Positions 13,336 to 28,096 of a stretch of DNA of 64,000 bases are shown one piece after another. Within the stretch, counting starts at the first letter, position 1. The number at the start of each line of letters is the position of its first letter. The stretch is taken from NCBI GenBank assembly GCA_951406725.2, contig OX597821.1:102920001-102984000 (forward strand). Reading direction: 5' to 3'. Both the position numbers and the translations under genes were made by a program. The notes beneath the pieces were generated by a model, which did not search any database, had not been told where the DNA came from, and worked only from the letters and a program-made list of their open reading frames with translations. This DNA comes from Octopus vulgaris (Eukaryota).

Positions 13336-14345
13336 TATACGACGGACTTCCTCCAGTTTCCATCTACCAAATCCACTCACAAGGCTTTGGTCGGCCCGAG
13401 GCTATAGTAGAAGGCACCTGCCCAAGGTGCCACGCAGTGGGATTGAACCGGAACCATGTGGTTGGTAAGCAAGCTACTTATCACACCGCCACGCCTGCGC
13501 CTATTATATATAATATATTCACACACCGTTGAAACAAAATACATTTAAGGAAGCAGCTACTTAACAATGGCGTCATAGAATATGTTAGAATATAAAACAA
13601 GACAGTTGTAACTTTGATCACAGGTCTATTCGATTATAGCTGACCTGGTGTTAAATAACAAAACATCATTTGTGCTGAAAAGATAAGAATTTGGTTCCTG
13701 GCAAGTCTGACACTTGGCGTAAAAATAAAAAAAGGCGCAACATTGATTTATAAATAAAACAAAACGTACTTTTGTAAATAATGATTTATTCAGACCTTTT
13801 ATGGCCATTGTGTTGAGAGATTGCCGAGCAAGGAATGGAAAACCGGATGGTTTAATGTACGATAAGGTAATATGAATGTTTTCTCTTTTATCGTTTACTT
13901 GTTACAGTCATTGGATTACGGGCATGCTGGGGCACCACCCTGAAGGGCATTTTTAGTCGAAGAAATCGACCCCAGCGCTTAGATTCTTTTTGTTTTGTTT
14001 TTTTTTTTTTCATTTACGTCTGGTACTTACTTTTGAGATCCCTTTTGTCGAACAGCCGCCAAGTTATGGCACCGGTTTCAAGTGGTGGAAGAACTACCAC
14101 ACACACAGATACACACACACACACATACACACACACGCTCACACACACACACACATACACACACGCACACACACTTATATATATATATATTTATATGCAT
14201 ACGACAGGTCCCCACATAGTATTTGTTTACCAAATTCACTCACAAGGCATTGTACTAGAAGATACTTACCCAGGGTGCCGCGAAGTGGAACTGAACCAGA
14301 AACCATGTGGTTGCAAACGAGCTTCTTGTCTGCACAGTCTTGCCT
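13185..14345 (-). mobile_element. two family-2 SINE copies (13185-13502, 13885-14345)
   Basis: ctaccaaatccactcacaagg...gaaccatgtggttg motifs. Confidence 0.7.
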
Positions 14346-14695
14346 TCACTTGTATCGTATACATCATCTTTTGCAGTATTTTATATATTTGTTTGCAAAA
14401 TTTAACATCGTATTTGGTGAATAACGGTGTCGCTATTGAAGGGTTTATGACTTGTTTATCAATTATTCTCTACATTTACAACAAAAGTACAGGGACCTCA
14501 GGTCTCGCCCTTAACGACTTATTCAACTAATGGTTGATGAAACCATCTGGGCGCAGCCTGACGAAAATATCTCGCGAAGTATACTGTATCAAAGTGCACT
14601 ACCGAATATGTGTGTATGTGTTAAGTAAGAAGACAACACAGGAGGAGCAAATTTTATCATAGGTTGTATTAGTTAAACGCTTAGAATGTACGGAA

Positions 14696-14732
14696 TCTTA
14701 ACGTTTCGAACGTTAGTCCTTCATCAGTAAAA
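14696..14732 (-). ncRNA. minimal hammerhead ribozyme motif
   Basis: CTGATGA-a-ggac-taac-gttc-GAAAC-GTT; stem I is weak. Confidence 0.5.
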
Positions 14733-14854
14733 AGTAAATGAGAAAAGGTGTTTAGAAAAAAAACGCTTAGATATTTCGTGTGTCGATTGTGTTTCATACA
14801 AAGGCATGTACAAGGAATCTTATCAGTTAAGGGAGATTACAAAGGCATACTTAC

Positions 14855-15054
14855 TAGTCACTTCTTCAGGTTTTCTTTCAAACATGCCTGCTTCTGAACA
14901 CGTTGGGAAATTACTGCGCCTGCTCGGTAACGTCTCGCACACGGGTAATCGAAAATGCGCACGATTTTTTATAAATTTGTTTGATTTCTTATCCACTTCG
15001 GTGACGCTCCACTCTTTGTAGCAGAACACAACCTCAACTGCAATGCAGTCCTCT
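14855..15054 (-). CDS. Nrk: Nrk/MuSK/ROR-family RTK, exon encoding C-terminal half of CRD and linker
   Basis: Acceptor aaacag|A and donor A|gtaagt; 200 nt, phase 2-1, joining both neighbouring exons in frame. EDCIAVEVVFCYKEWSVTEVDKKSNKFIKNRAHFRLPVCETLP...KPEEVT resembles Drosophila Nrk (EDC...FCYNDW...FIKSRGHFRLPNC). Confidence 0.92.
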
Positions 15055-15574
15055 CTGTTTGAAGGAAAAAAACAAATGCAATGGTTAGTATTAATTGAAC
15101 AAACATAAATCAAAAGATACTGGTTTCAATATTTCGGGGAGTGGGGTAGCCAATCACATCGACCCCAGTACTCAACTGGTACTTAATTTCATCGACCTGA
15201 AAAAATGCCGCTAGGCTTTTTGTCCGGCACGGTAACTATTCTGCCACGTCACCGCTTTAAATAAAAAGTCTTCCTATCTACTTTATTTATACACAAGATA
15301 TGAAGTTTTGGGGTGAGTGGGGCTGGAATGGGGATACTCGTTGATATCATTTTTGTTGGTAAGGCGGCGAGCTGGCCAAATCCTTCGAAGCATTTTGTCC
15401 GTCTTTACGTTCTGAGTTCAAATTCCACCGAAGTCGACTTCGCCGTTTTTTTTTTTCCTTTCAGGTCGATAAAATAAGTACCAGTTGTACGCTGGAGTCG
15501 ATGTGATCGACATACTCCCCTCCCCTGAAATTGCTGGCCTTGTGCCAAAATTTGAAATCGAAATTATCATCATC

Positions 15575-15661
<87 letters not shown>

Positions 15662-15663
15662 GA

Positions 15664-15711
<48 letters not shown>

Positions 15712-15712
<1 letters not shown>

Positions 15713-16245
15713 GAGTGAGAGAGCAGTTCATGCCATCAAAGTGACACTGGGGTAAAATATACGAAGCCCAATATACCCATCATGACTACCCGTCTGATAA
15801 GGGTACACCAGGCACATGCATCACAACCATATGTGCGCGACATGGTGATCTCATATCAAGATAAACAGCACATGACCTTGCAGGTGGGGCCCAGTTAGAA
15901 TTTTCTTCAGGTTGAGTAGCCCATCCCGCTCAAAAGGTCCCTGAATAAGGGTTGTTTAAGGATGTTGAAAGAACCACCCATGTTTCCAGAGGTGAATTAT
16001 TCAAACCCCAAAGAATCCCTCTCAACACATGGCTATGATGCTCCCCCACTACTTCTGCTCGTGATCAGAGATGCACATATCGTCAGCCAATAAGGGACAT
16101 GCTCAACTGGTTAAGGTCAAACAACTGACAAGCAAATCTGTGGTATTGAGCCGAATATTTGCTGTAGCCCATCTTTTATACCAAGACAAAACAATGTACA
16201 TGATAACACTTCCAATCAGTTAAGATCAGAAGCCATGAGAGCCAC

Positions 16246-16246
<1 letters not shown>
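15712..16246. mobile_element. (TAA)n-flanked interspersed repeat (other copies 25997-26480 and 47340-47668 reversed)
   Basis: Three close copies starting ttgagtgagagagcag..catgccat, each next to (ATT)n or A-rich sequence. Confidence 0.75.
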
Positions 16247-16279
<33 letters not shown>

Positions 16280-16283
<4 letters not shown>

Positions 16284-16653
16284 TAGTTTTATTTTTTAGC
16301 GTGATTTCACTTCACTACCGAGCGCAGCTCTGTGTGCCTTGGGTATGTGCTGTGATTTGTTGTGATGCTCTGATGGTTATTGTATGGAAAGTGTTCTGCG
16401 TAGGATGTGGGCAGTGCCTAGTAGTGCAATTTTCTGTATGTTATATGTGTTTGTAAGTCCTGGTGTTTTTGTTATGTATTTGTCTGAATATTTTTTTATC
16501 ATGCCTAATGCACCTACTATGATAGGAATTGTTTCTGTTTTCAGATTCCACATTCTAGTTACCTCTATTTCCAGGTCTTTGTATTTTGAGAGTTTCTCCA
16601 TTTCTTTTAGAGACACGTTGTCATCAGCCGGTATTGATACATCAATTAGAAAG

Positions 16654-16655
<2 letters not shown>
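16280..16655 (-). mobile_element. R4/Dong-like LINE 3' end inserted in (TAA)n
   Basis: EKLSKYKDLEIEVTRMWNLKTETIPIIVGALG...QKIALLGTAHILRRTLSIQ* followed by a short 3' UTR; (TAA)n on both sides. Confidence 0.85.
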
Positions 16656-16721
<66 letters not shown>

Positions 16722-17501
16722 GGCGGCGAACTGACTCAATCGGTAGCAGGCCGGGCAATTTTTTATAAATTTCAAATTCCACCGAGATCGACTTTGGCTT
16801 TCATGCTTATAGAATCGATAAAATAAGTACCAGTTACGCACTTAAACAACTCCACCGAAATTGCAGGCCTTGTGCTAAAACTCGAAACCAAAATGATTTT
16901 TACTGTAAGTGTTTGGCAGTGGTTCTGGGGATTGAGTTGCTTTTGTTGTGATAGCATTGTTGCTTTTGTTGTTGGTTATAGCAATAATATTGATCTCGAT
17001 GTTGTTGTTATTGGTAATTAGAGCTGTTATTGCATTGCTGTTGTTTGTTGTGATGATTGTTTTTGAGTTGCCTTTTCAAGAATTACTTTTCCAGAACATT
17101 CTTCAGACACAGGAAGAAATGGACAGGAAACAATTATAGATTGGTATTACGGCTGCTGATTTGGTTGTGGTAGCACGTGTCAAGAATAACGGTAGTAGTG
17201 TGGTGAAGGTGGTAGTGTTGGTAGTAGTAACAGTGGTGGTTTGGGCGTAGCAATGGTGGTGGTAGTTGTAACTCGTGTCAGGGATAGCGATGGTAGTGGA
17301 TGTAGTGGTAGTGGTGCTGGGGATGGGGGTGTTGGTGCGATAGTGATGATGGTAGCGGTGGTGTGTTTGTGTAGGGGTACTGGGCCCTAGTTCCCTATAT
17401 TACATCCGCTGTGGATATAGACCCTAATTCATTGTTGAAAAATGCACAGCATTTGTTTTAATTAATTTTGAAAATAATAAAGAGCTTATTTAGTTGGTTG
17501 T

Positions 17502-17938
17502 GAGGGCGGAATGTTGGCAGAATCGTTAGCGCGCCGGACGAAATGCTTAGCGATCGAACCCAGTGCGTAACTGGTACTTATTTAATAGACCTCGAAAGGA
17601 TGAAAGGCAAAGTCAACCTCGGCGGAATTTGAACTCAGAACGTAACGGCAGACGAAATACCTATTTCTTTACTACCCACAAGGGGCTAAACACAGAAGGG
17701 ACGAACAGGGACAGACAAACGGATTAAGTCGATTATATCGATCCCAGTGCGTAACTGGTACTTATTTAATCGACCCCGAAAGGATGGAAGGCAAAGTCGA
17801 CCCCAAATTCTGCCGAGGTCGACTTTGCCTTTCATCCTTTCGAGGTCGATAAATTAAGTACCAGGAAAACACTAGGGTCGATGTAATCAACTAGTCCCCA
17901 TCGCCAAAATTTCAGGCCTTGTACCTTTGTAGAAAGGA
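17502..17938. mobile_element. family-1 SINE containing an inverted family-1 segment, with 16-bp TSD
   Basis: ttatttagttggttgt at 17486-17501 and 17939-17954. Head and tail are on +, and ~17555-17805 is in the opposite orientation. Confidence 0.75.
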
Positions 17939-18304
17939 TTATTTAGTTGGTTGTTTAGAACATATTTAGGCTAAACTCTTGTGTGCTGAGAACACTGTTG
18001 TACTCCGGAAGCAAAAGCTGGAGTTGATATCTCGGCAGGTGGTGAAGCTTCTCTGTAAGTATTTTACCCCTTACACCACAACAAAAAGGCTGTCCAGGGG
18101 CTACCCACCCTTGTGGGCGATAAAAATCCCACACAACAGCACGAGCTCTGTTAAGTCGAATATTGCAACACACTGGGTCAGATGTTTCTACCATTTTCAA
18201 AACTCGTTCTTGTTGCACCGTTCGTCCTCTCATTTGAGCCAGATTGTAATGGCTTACTTTCTCAGTAACTTCCGACAATGTTCTGGCAACATCTTTTCTT
18301 TCCT

Positions 18305-18800
<496 letters not shown>

Positions 18801-19034
18801 ACAGACAGACAAACAGACAAAAGAACCGGACGGGCGACAGACAGACAGACATACAACAGACACACAGACAGATAGATACCATATATACATGCAAAACACA
18901 CAATCTGTAAATATCATCATATTAATATAGATTATCATCTTAGCTCTAACAAGCTCTTTGATACTTATGTGCGGAGTGGTGTGAAGTATAAGATAGGGGT
19001 GGTGGTGACAGCAGGCTGAGGGGTGGGGAGGGCA

Positions 19035-19549
19035 TTATGATGGTGGTGGTGGTGGTAGTGGTGGTAGTGGTGGTGGTTATAATGATGATAGTAGAAACGA
19101 TGGTACTTACAGCACAGGGAGTGAAGGAGTACGATGAGAGGAGTGGTGCTGGTGGTAGTGGTGGTAGCGGAAGGGATCAGATTGGTGGTGGTGGTGGTGG
19201 TGGTGCTGATGCTTATGGCGGTGGAGAGGGTGGTAAGGACGATCATGATGAAGGTGATAATGATGATGATGATGATGATGACAACTATTATGATGGCGAT
19301 GATGGTGACGGTGGGAATGGAGGTGGTGTTGGTGATGGTGATATCATGGTGATGGTGATGATGATGATGATGATGATAATTATGATGATAATTATGATGA
19401 TAATTGTGGTGGTGATGATGATGATAATCATGATTATGAAGATGATGATGATGACGATGAATAGTAATGGCGGTAGCGGTGGTGATGATGATGATGATGA
19501 TGATGACAATGATGATGATGAAGATGACGACGATGATGACGACGACGAC

Positions 19550-19595
<46 letters not shown>

Positions 19596-19810
19596 GTGAT
19601 GGTGGTGGTAATGGCAGTGGTTGATCATAATAGTAATGGTGATCGTGACGGTGATGCTTGTGATGATGATGATGCTAGTGATGATGATGATGGTGACAGT
19701 GGTGGTGGTGGTGGTGGCAGTGATGATGGAGAAGGTTGCTGTTGTTGTTGTTGTTGTTGCTGCTGCTAGTGGCGGTGGTCATGGTGATGATGACGGTGGC
19801 TGGTGGTTGG
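19035..19810. repeat. degenerate (GAT/GGT)n trinucleotide tract
   Basis: Direct inspection. Confidence 0.9.
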
Positions 19811-19973
19811 AGGTGAGGTGAGAAAGTGGGAGGTCAACCAAGTGTTGTCATCTGCTGTTTTCTTAAACTTTTCTTCATTTATTTATCTTAAAAGTGTTGT
19901 TGTGTTAAGGTGGAAGTAGATGAGATGAACGGCGAAAGGACATTATGTGTGTGCGGGCGTGTTAAGTGTCTGT

Positions 19974-20026
<53 letters not shown>

Positions 20027-20089
20027 TTTATATGAGAGCGTGTCTATAGGTGTGTATGCATGTACATAACTTATGTCTGTATATATGTA

Positions 20090-20144
<55 letters not shown>

Positions 20145-20146
20145 CA

Positions 20147-20178
<32 letters not shown>

Positions 20179-20288
20179 CAAGCATATAACTACAAATATA
20201 TATATATATATATACATATATATACACGTATGTGTATATTGGTATGTATTTATTTATGCACGTATGTATGTGTATGTACGTATTTAAG

Positions 20289-20350
<62 letters not shown>

Positions 20351-20565
20351 AGTTTATGTGTAAATATAAGTGAATAAGTGTATATGAGGGTGTGTGCTCA
20401 TTTAAGGGTGTGCATAATATGACGCTCTATGTTTATATAAAAGTGCATCTGTATAAACGTGTTTGTGAGTATATGAGGTAGTTTTGTGTTCATGTAAGAT
20501 GGTGCGGGTGTATACAAAGATGACTGTCTCTCTGTCTCTCTGTCTGTCTGTCATTCTGTCTGTCC

Positions 20566-20617
<52 letters not shown>

Positions 20618-20618
<1 letters not shown>

Positions 20619-21007
20619 CTTCTATTCTTCTACTTGTTTCAGTCATTTGACTGCGGCCATGCTGGAGCACCGCCTTTTAGTCGAGCAAATCGACCCCAGA
20701 ACTTATTCTTTGTAAGTCCAGTACTTATTCTATCGGTCTCTTTTGCCGAACCGCTAAGTGACGGGGACGTAAACACACTAGCATCAGTTGTCAAGCAATG
20801 TTAGGGGGACAAACACAGACACACAAACATATATATATATATACATATATACGACAGGCTTCTTTCAGTTTCCGTCTACCAAATCCACTCACAAGGCATT
20901 GGTCGGCCCGGGGCTATAGCAGAAGACATTTGCCCAAGGTGCCACGCAGTGGGACTGAACCCGGAACCATGTGGCTGGTAAGCAAGCTACTTACCACACA
21001 GCCACTC

Positions 21008-21010
<3 letters not shown>
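20618..21010 (-). mobile_element. family-2 SINE, near-consensus copy
   Basis: Minus-strand caggagtggctgtgtggtaag (A box) and gggttcagtcc (B box), internal (TA)/(TG) repeat, tail ending gactgaaacaagta. Confidence 0.85.
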
Positions 21011-21046
<36 letters not shown>

Positions 21047-21109
21047 TGGGTGAGTGATTAAGGGGTGCGAATGTTTCTGCATAAATTGGGTGTGTGCATA
21101 TATATACTT

Positions 21110-21728
<619 letters not shown>

Positions 21729-21735
21729 CCGTCTC

Positions 21736-21821
<86 letters not shown>

Positions 21822-22843
21822 TATATATTTAGATGTATGTATGCATATATGTTTTAGAGACGGAGACGGATATGAGGTGAAAAAGAATTGAGTAAGAGTA
21901 AGAGAGAGAGAGGGGGGGGAGTGTGAGAGAGAAAGAGGGGAAGAGAAAGGGTGAAGATAGAGAGAGAAGAAGGGGTAAAAAGATGGTGAACAAAGGGAGA
22001 AAGTCAGTAAAATGAAGGGGAGAGTGGAGGGTAGGGGAGAGAATTGAAAGAAATTATTGGCTGCGAGTTGGTGTCTTGCCTATATCGAATAATAAAATGT
22101 GAACTGAGAAACTCACACACATATACGTACACCACACTCATACACACTCAAACGCATACTTACACATTCACACACGATGTCTCTTGTACACACACACACA
22201 CACACACACACAAGCGCGCGCGCACACACACACACAAATGTACATGTAGACCACAGCAGCTATGGTGTGTGATTGCGTGCGTTCGTGAGTGAAGGAATGT
22301 GTTTCTGTGTCTTAGGAATCAAAGAGAATTTAATATAATTAGCGCGCGCGCACATTTATGAGTGCGCGCATGTGCGTATGCATGTATGTGTATGTGTGTG
22401 TGTATGTGTGTGTGAGAAAGAGAAGCATTGTGAGAAAGTGAAAGTGAAAGTAGCCGAGAGTGAAAGACTGTAAAGGGAATGTGCAGAGAATGTATAAATG
22501 GAGTGAAAGTGAAACAGTGGTGCTGCTGACACAGTGTCCGTTCATGCACATGAGTGCCTCTGTGAGTGTGAGTATGCGCGCGCGCGTGTATGTGTATGTG
22601 TATGTGTGTGTGTGTGACAGAGATAGAGAGAGAGACGGTGGGAGGAAGGAAGAGAAAGCGAAAGATAGAGAAGGCAAGAAAGAAGGAAGGAGCGTTTGGA
22701 AGGAAGGAGTGTGTGTGAAGGATCGGAAGACGAAGAATACTAAATACTCACACATATTGGGACAGAGAGGGGGAGAGAGAAAAAAAGAGAAAGACTTTAG
22801 TCTGTGCGTGTGCGTAAGCCTTCTATCTGCATGTGTCTGTGTT

Positions 22844-22895
<52 letters not shown>

Positions 22896-23440
22896 ATGGT
22901 GGGGAGAGAAATCGAGAGACTGTAAAACGATGAGCCGAAATATATTAGTCAGAGTCAGCGATGTCCTTTTTTAAATCGGTTTTCTTCCGACTTATTCCTT
23001 TTAATAAGGACGTGGGAGGGGGACATTTCTGGGATAGAAAGAGTGAGTAAGTGAGAGAGAGAGAGAGAGAGAGAGAGGGAAAGAGAGAGAGTGAGGGGTG
23101 AGAAGAAAGAGGTAATACATGTATGAGTGGATAATAAGATGTATCCATGTAAAGGGATAATTCCAACTTGACGGCGTGTCAGATTTCTCTTCGTCATATC
23201 CCTCACGGTTGTGGAGAGGATTAGGGATCTACTTACTATGCCAGGTTAGCCCATGACCCCATACCGAGCCATTGCATGTAGGCACATATCGGCGCAGGCG
23301 ATTAAATCAACCTGACTGGTACTTTTTTTTTTGCTGACCAAAGGATGACAGAAAGGAAAAATTGACTTTGGCGGGATTTGGACTCAGAATGTAGATAGTT
23401 AAAACAAATACCACAAGGTATTCTTTTTATAAGTATATAC

Positions 23441-23921
23441 TAGTGGTTCTCAACCGGGGGCCACTTGGTCCTTGGGGTTCACATAAGAAGATTTTGCTGT
23501 AGAAAATTATGTGCAATAAATTGATTTCAAATTTTAGCACAAGGCGAACAAATTGGGAAAGGAGGCAAGTCGATTATAATGACCACAGTGTTCAACTGGT
23601 ACTTATTTCATCGATCTCCAGCATGATGAAAGGCAAGGTTAGCCTCGGTGGAATTTCAACTCAGAATGTAAAGACGGATGAAATGCCGCTAAGCATTCTA
23701 CCCAGCATGCTAACAATTTTGCTAACTCGCCACCTCATTTATGTGCGATAAATTGGTTATGCATCCACCATAAAAAATATTTTAACAATTTTTAAAATCC
23801 AAATCCAAATAATATTTAATCATACAAGGGGATTTTTTATATATCGAATGTTTAATGGAGGCCAGTAGAGTATAACAGGAATTAAAGAGGCCCATAGGTA
23901 AAAATTGGTTGGGAACCACAG
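23441..23921. mobile_element. hAT-like MITE with nested family-1 SINE (23521-23738, minus)
   Basis: TIRs tagtggttctcaacc / ggttgggaaccacag; SINE TSD ttatgtgc[a/g]ataaattg. Confidence 0.7.
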
Positions 23922-24296
23922 TTCTATACAAATCTTGTCAATCCAGCGCCCTCATACAAAAGAATAGATGGGAGAATTAATTCGTCCTCCGATTTCCCGC
24001 CCATCACCACACCACCACCACCACCACCACCACCACCACCACCACCACCATCACCATCACCATCACCACACACTCTTGAGTATCTTCAGCAGACTTCTCT
24101 CTTTTGAATGCATATGGGCCACGAGTCCAGAGTAACGATAACTTGCGCCTTTCATCCGATCCGCCAGTCCCAGAGACATGCAAAAAATACAGAGTGGCAT
24201 AGGCACTGTCCCTCCATCATCCCTGACTAAGTGGTACAAAAAGTTTGAATAGTTCTATTAATTTGAAGAAAATATTTTACAACTCAGAAGAAAAGA

Positions 24297-24333
24297 AGTC
24301 TAACGTTTCGGGCAGATGTCCTTCATCGGCTTT
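24297..24333 (-). ncRNA. hammerhead-like motif (U4C variant)
   Basis: CCGATGA-a-ggaca-tc-tgccc-GAAAC-GTT; stem I is poor. Confidence 0.4.
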
Positions 24334-24986
24334 TCCTTTTTACAGAAAAATACATTATCCTACTGTTGTGGCGGACGCCCCTAGGCGAGAAGTGGGCTGG
24401 TCCACAACTAATAAATAGTGGATTGACACAGTCAGTAGAGTAGGTCGGCGAAGGTACGCCGTTCGGACCAGTCCTGTAGAGACGGCGAAATACTTCGCCA
24501 TCAAGGGACATGTCAGTGGCGACAAGGGTTCGGACAATATCGCCACTGGGACATATAACCTACTTTGTAGCTATTTATATATAATGTTTGTCGATTCAAA
24601 CTAACGTTAATTTCATCGGGTTTCTCTATTCTACAATGGTAGCAGAGTGGACGAAGGAGTGAACGTCTACAAGGTCATTTGATTTGCTAAAAATAACAGC
24701 TACACCATTTAAATGTTCCGCAAACCACGTTCTGCAGCAATGGTTCTTCATTTTTTTTTTGTTTTAGTTAGTGGTGCATTGAAGATCAAAAACAAAATTA
24801 CTGACGAATTTTGCATGGAAACTTTTAAAAATTGAAAGAAAACGAAAAAAAAAAACATTTCCGAAGTCACAATTATAGAAAAATATAAAATCTTTTGATT
24901 TTCGAACATAATTTGCTCTACTTGGTTCATCCATTCGACTGCGGCCAAGCTGGAGCGGCACCTTGAGAGATTTAATCGAACAAATC

Positions 24987-25058
<72 letters not shown>

Positions 25059-25136
25059 GTCTGTCTGTTTGTCTATCTGTCTGTCTATCTATCTGTTTCT
25101 TTCTTATATATCTGTCTGTCTATCTATCTGTTTCTT

Positions 25137-25203
<67 letters not shown>

Positions 25204-27025
25204 GTCTGTCTGTCTGTCTGTATGTCTGTCTATCTATCTATACATACATATATTTATCTGTCTGTCTGCCTGTCTGTCTGTACATACATACATACGTGTA
25301 GATGCACGTGTGTGTATATATGTATGTATGTAATTATGTATGTATGTATGTAGGTATGTATTATGTATGAATTAAAACACGTGTGTGAGTGCGATGTGCA
25401 TATCTGTATACGTGTGTATGTGTGTGTGTGTGTGTATGACTGTGTATGTGTGTGTGTGCTTGTGTGTATATTTACTCATACATACATATAGGCACACACA
25501 TACACACACACACTCATATACACACGGAGACCTCCAGATAAACAAGCGTTAATCTCAATCTGCTCCGCATTACATCTGTTGTCAATCAATCCTTATTCAA
25601 GATGACTAAAGGTCACCGTTTTTGTATCTATTCACGAAATGGATGTTGTTGTTTCTTCATATTTACAATCTAGCAAAATGTCACAACTTAAGCTCAATTG
25701 TTCTGGTAAAACGGCAAACAGATTCGTGTTTGAGCTGGTCGGGTGTTCTGATAGAAATACAAACCAAATCTACAGCCAATGAAGGAGCCTCAAAGTGTTT
25801 GTTTGTTAAGCATGCGAGAAACATTAGCTAAATCTTGAACCTCTAAAAGTAATTTCGTCTTTGTATTTGGTTTGCAAGATTCTTGACGTGAACTTATCCC
25901 GGGTGGGTCATTATGCCAATAACGAACACACGCACTGGTTTTATTTCACTTCATTTTCTGTTGATGTTGTTGTTGTTGTTGTTGTTATTATCATTATTGA
26001 GTGAGAGAGCAGCGCATGCCATTAATGTGATACTGGGGTACAAATATACGAAGCCCAGTATAGCCATCATGACTACCCGTCTGATAAGGGTGCACCAGGC
26101 ACATGCATCACAACCATATCTGCGCGACATGGTGATTTCATATCAAAAAACAGCACATGACCTAGCAGGTGGGGGCCAATTAGAATTTTCTTCAGATCGA
26201 GCAGCCAACCAACTCAAAAGGTCCCTGAATGAGCGTTCTTTAAGGATGTTGAACGAAACACTTAGGTTTCTTGAGGGGAATTATTCAAACTCCAAAGAAT
26301 TCCTCTCAATACATGGCTATGATGCTCCCCCACTACTTCTGCTCGTGATCAGAGATGCACATATCGTCAGCCACTAAGGGACATGTTCAACTGGTTAAGG
26401 TCAAACAACTGACAAGCAAATCTGTGGTATTGAGCAGAATATTTGCTGTAGCCCATCTTTTATACGAAGACAAAACAATATCGTTATTATTATTAGTGGT
26501 CGATTTATATTTAATCAATTGAGTAATCGATTTATTTTATTAATCGTTCAATCAATCAGTCGGTAAGGTTTGTCAAAGTCTTTTCGTCACCATCCGCGAC
26601 CTCATCCATTATATGCTCTCTCTACTCCACATCTTCTTCAGGTCACTCAGTAATTACTTGTTAGAATTTAAAGGCGGCTGGAAATTGGAAGGAAGAAGCA
26701 AAGGAAGAAACAGGCAATATGTATGAAGTATGGTGATTCATTTGGCATCCACCAAACCGCAACCCCTCCACCCCATGTATGTGAGTGTGTGTGTGTCTTT
26801 CTGATTTGGGGTCATTTCACAGACAGCAGTTAATCGAAGTCCAATAACTGATTGAAGTAAAAGCTTCTCCATTGATCAGTTATATTCGTTATGAGCCAAA
26901 ATTTCGAAATCGGAAAACAAGTTGAATGCAAATGGCTATATCGTCAAGCTACATTGAAATACTGTTTTTGATTGGAACATTATGCAAAATATAATCTCAC
27001 TTTACGAGCAACTGCATAGACAAGC

Positions 27026-27065
<40 letters not shown>

Positions 27066-27084
27066 ATATATATAATGTATATAT

Positions 27085-27240
27085 ATGTGGCTGTGTTGTA
27101 AGTAGCTTGCTTACCAGCTTCATGGTTCCGGGTTCAGTCCCACAGCGTGGCACCTTGGGCAAGTGTCTTCTAGTATAGCCTCGGGCTGACCACAGCCTTG
27201 TGAGTGGATTTGGTAGACGGAAACTGTAAGAACACCGTCG

Positions 27241-27329
<89 letters not shown>

Positions 27330-27565
27330 ATATATGTGTGTGTGTGTATGTATATATGTTTGTATGTCTGGTATGTCTGTGTTTGTCCCCCAACATCGCT
27401 TGACAACCGATGTTGGTGTGTTTACGTCCCCGTACCTTAGCAGTTCGGTGAAATAAACCGATAGAATAAGTACCAGGCTTCCAAGAATAAGTCATGGGGT
27501 TGATTTCTTCGACAAAAGGCGGTGCTCCAGCATGGCCTCAGTCAAATGACTGAATCAAGTAAAAG
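27085..27565 (+). mobile_element. family-2 SINE
   Basis: Full head, microsatellite and tail architecture. Confidence 0.85.
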
Positions 27566-27630
27566 AAAGAAGAAAAGAAAGACTATATACATGCCTTATA
27601 TCATGTATATGGATGAATAGATATAGATGC

Positions 27631-27669
<39 letters not shown>

Positions 27670-28096
27670 ACACGCGCACTTATTACACATAGACACACAC
27701 ACATACACAAATATATAACATGTATATACATATGTATAGATGTATATGTGCGTGTGTGTGTATGCGTGTGTGTTCGTGCGTGTATGTGTGCGTGAGTGGG
27801 GGAGAGAGCGAGAGAGAGAGAGGGAGAGAGTGGTGGGGAAAGTTAAAAACCGCATTAAGGGTGGATAAAAAACATACTCTAAACTTCGATAATATTAAGA
27901 GCTTCAAAGTAGATAGTAAAACATGGTTTTTTCCTTTCCTTATAAATCTTCTTTTGTGGAAACATGTTTATGATATCAAAAGCTAGCAGCATACTCTGAG
28001 CTTTGTCCTCAACAGGGTTATTCGAGACATCAACCACAACGACAATCACATCAAATTATCAAATATATTTCGAACGAAATGAAAAATGAAACTTAC

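Noticed and set aside
17955-18300. Non-repetitive end of the 327-aa ORF
   Set aside because: No recognisable domain or compatible splice sites; probably a decayed TE.
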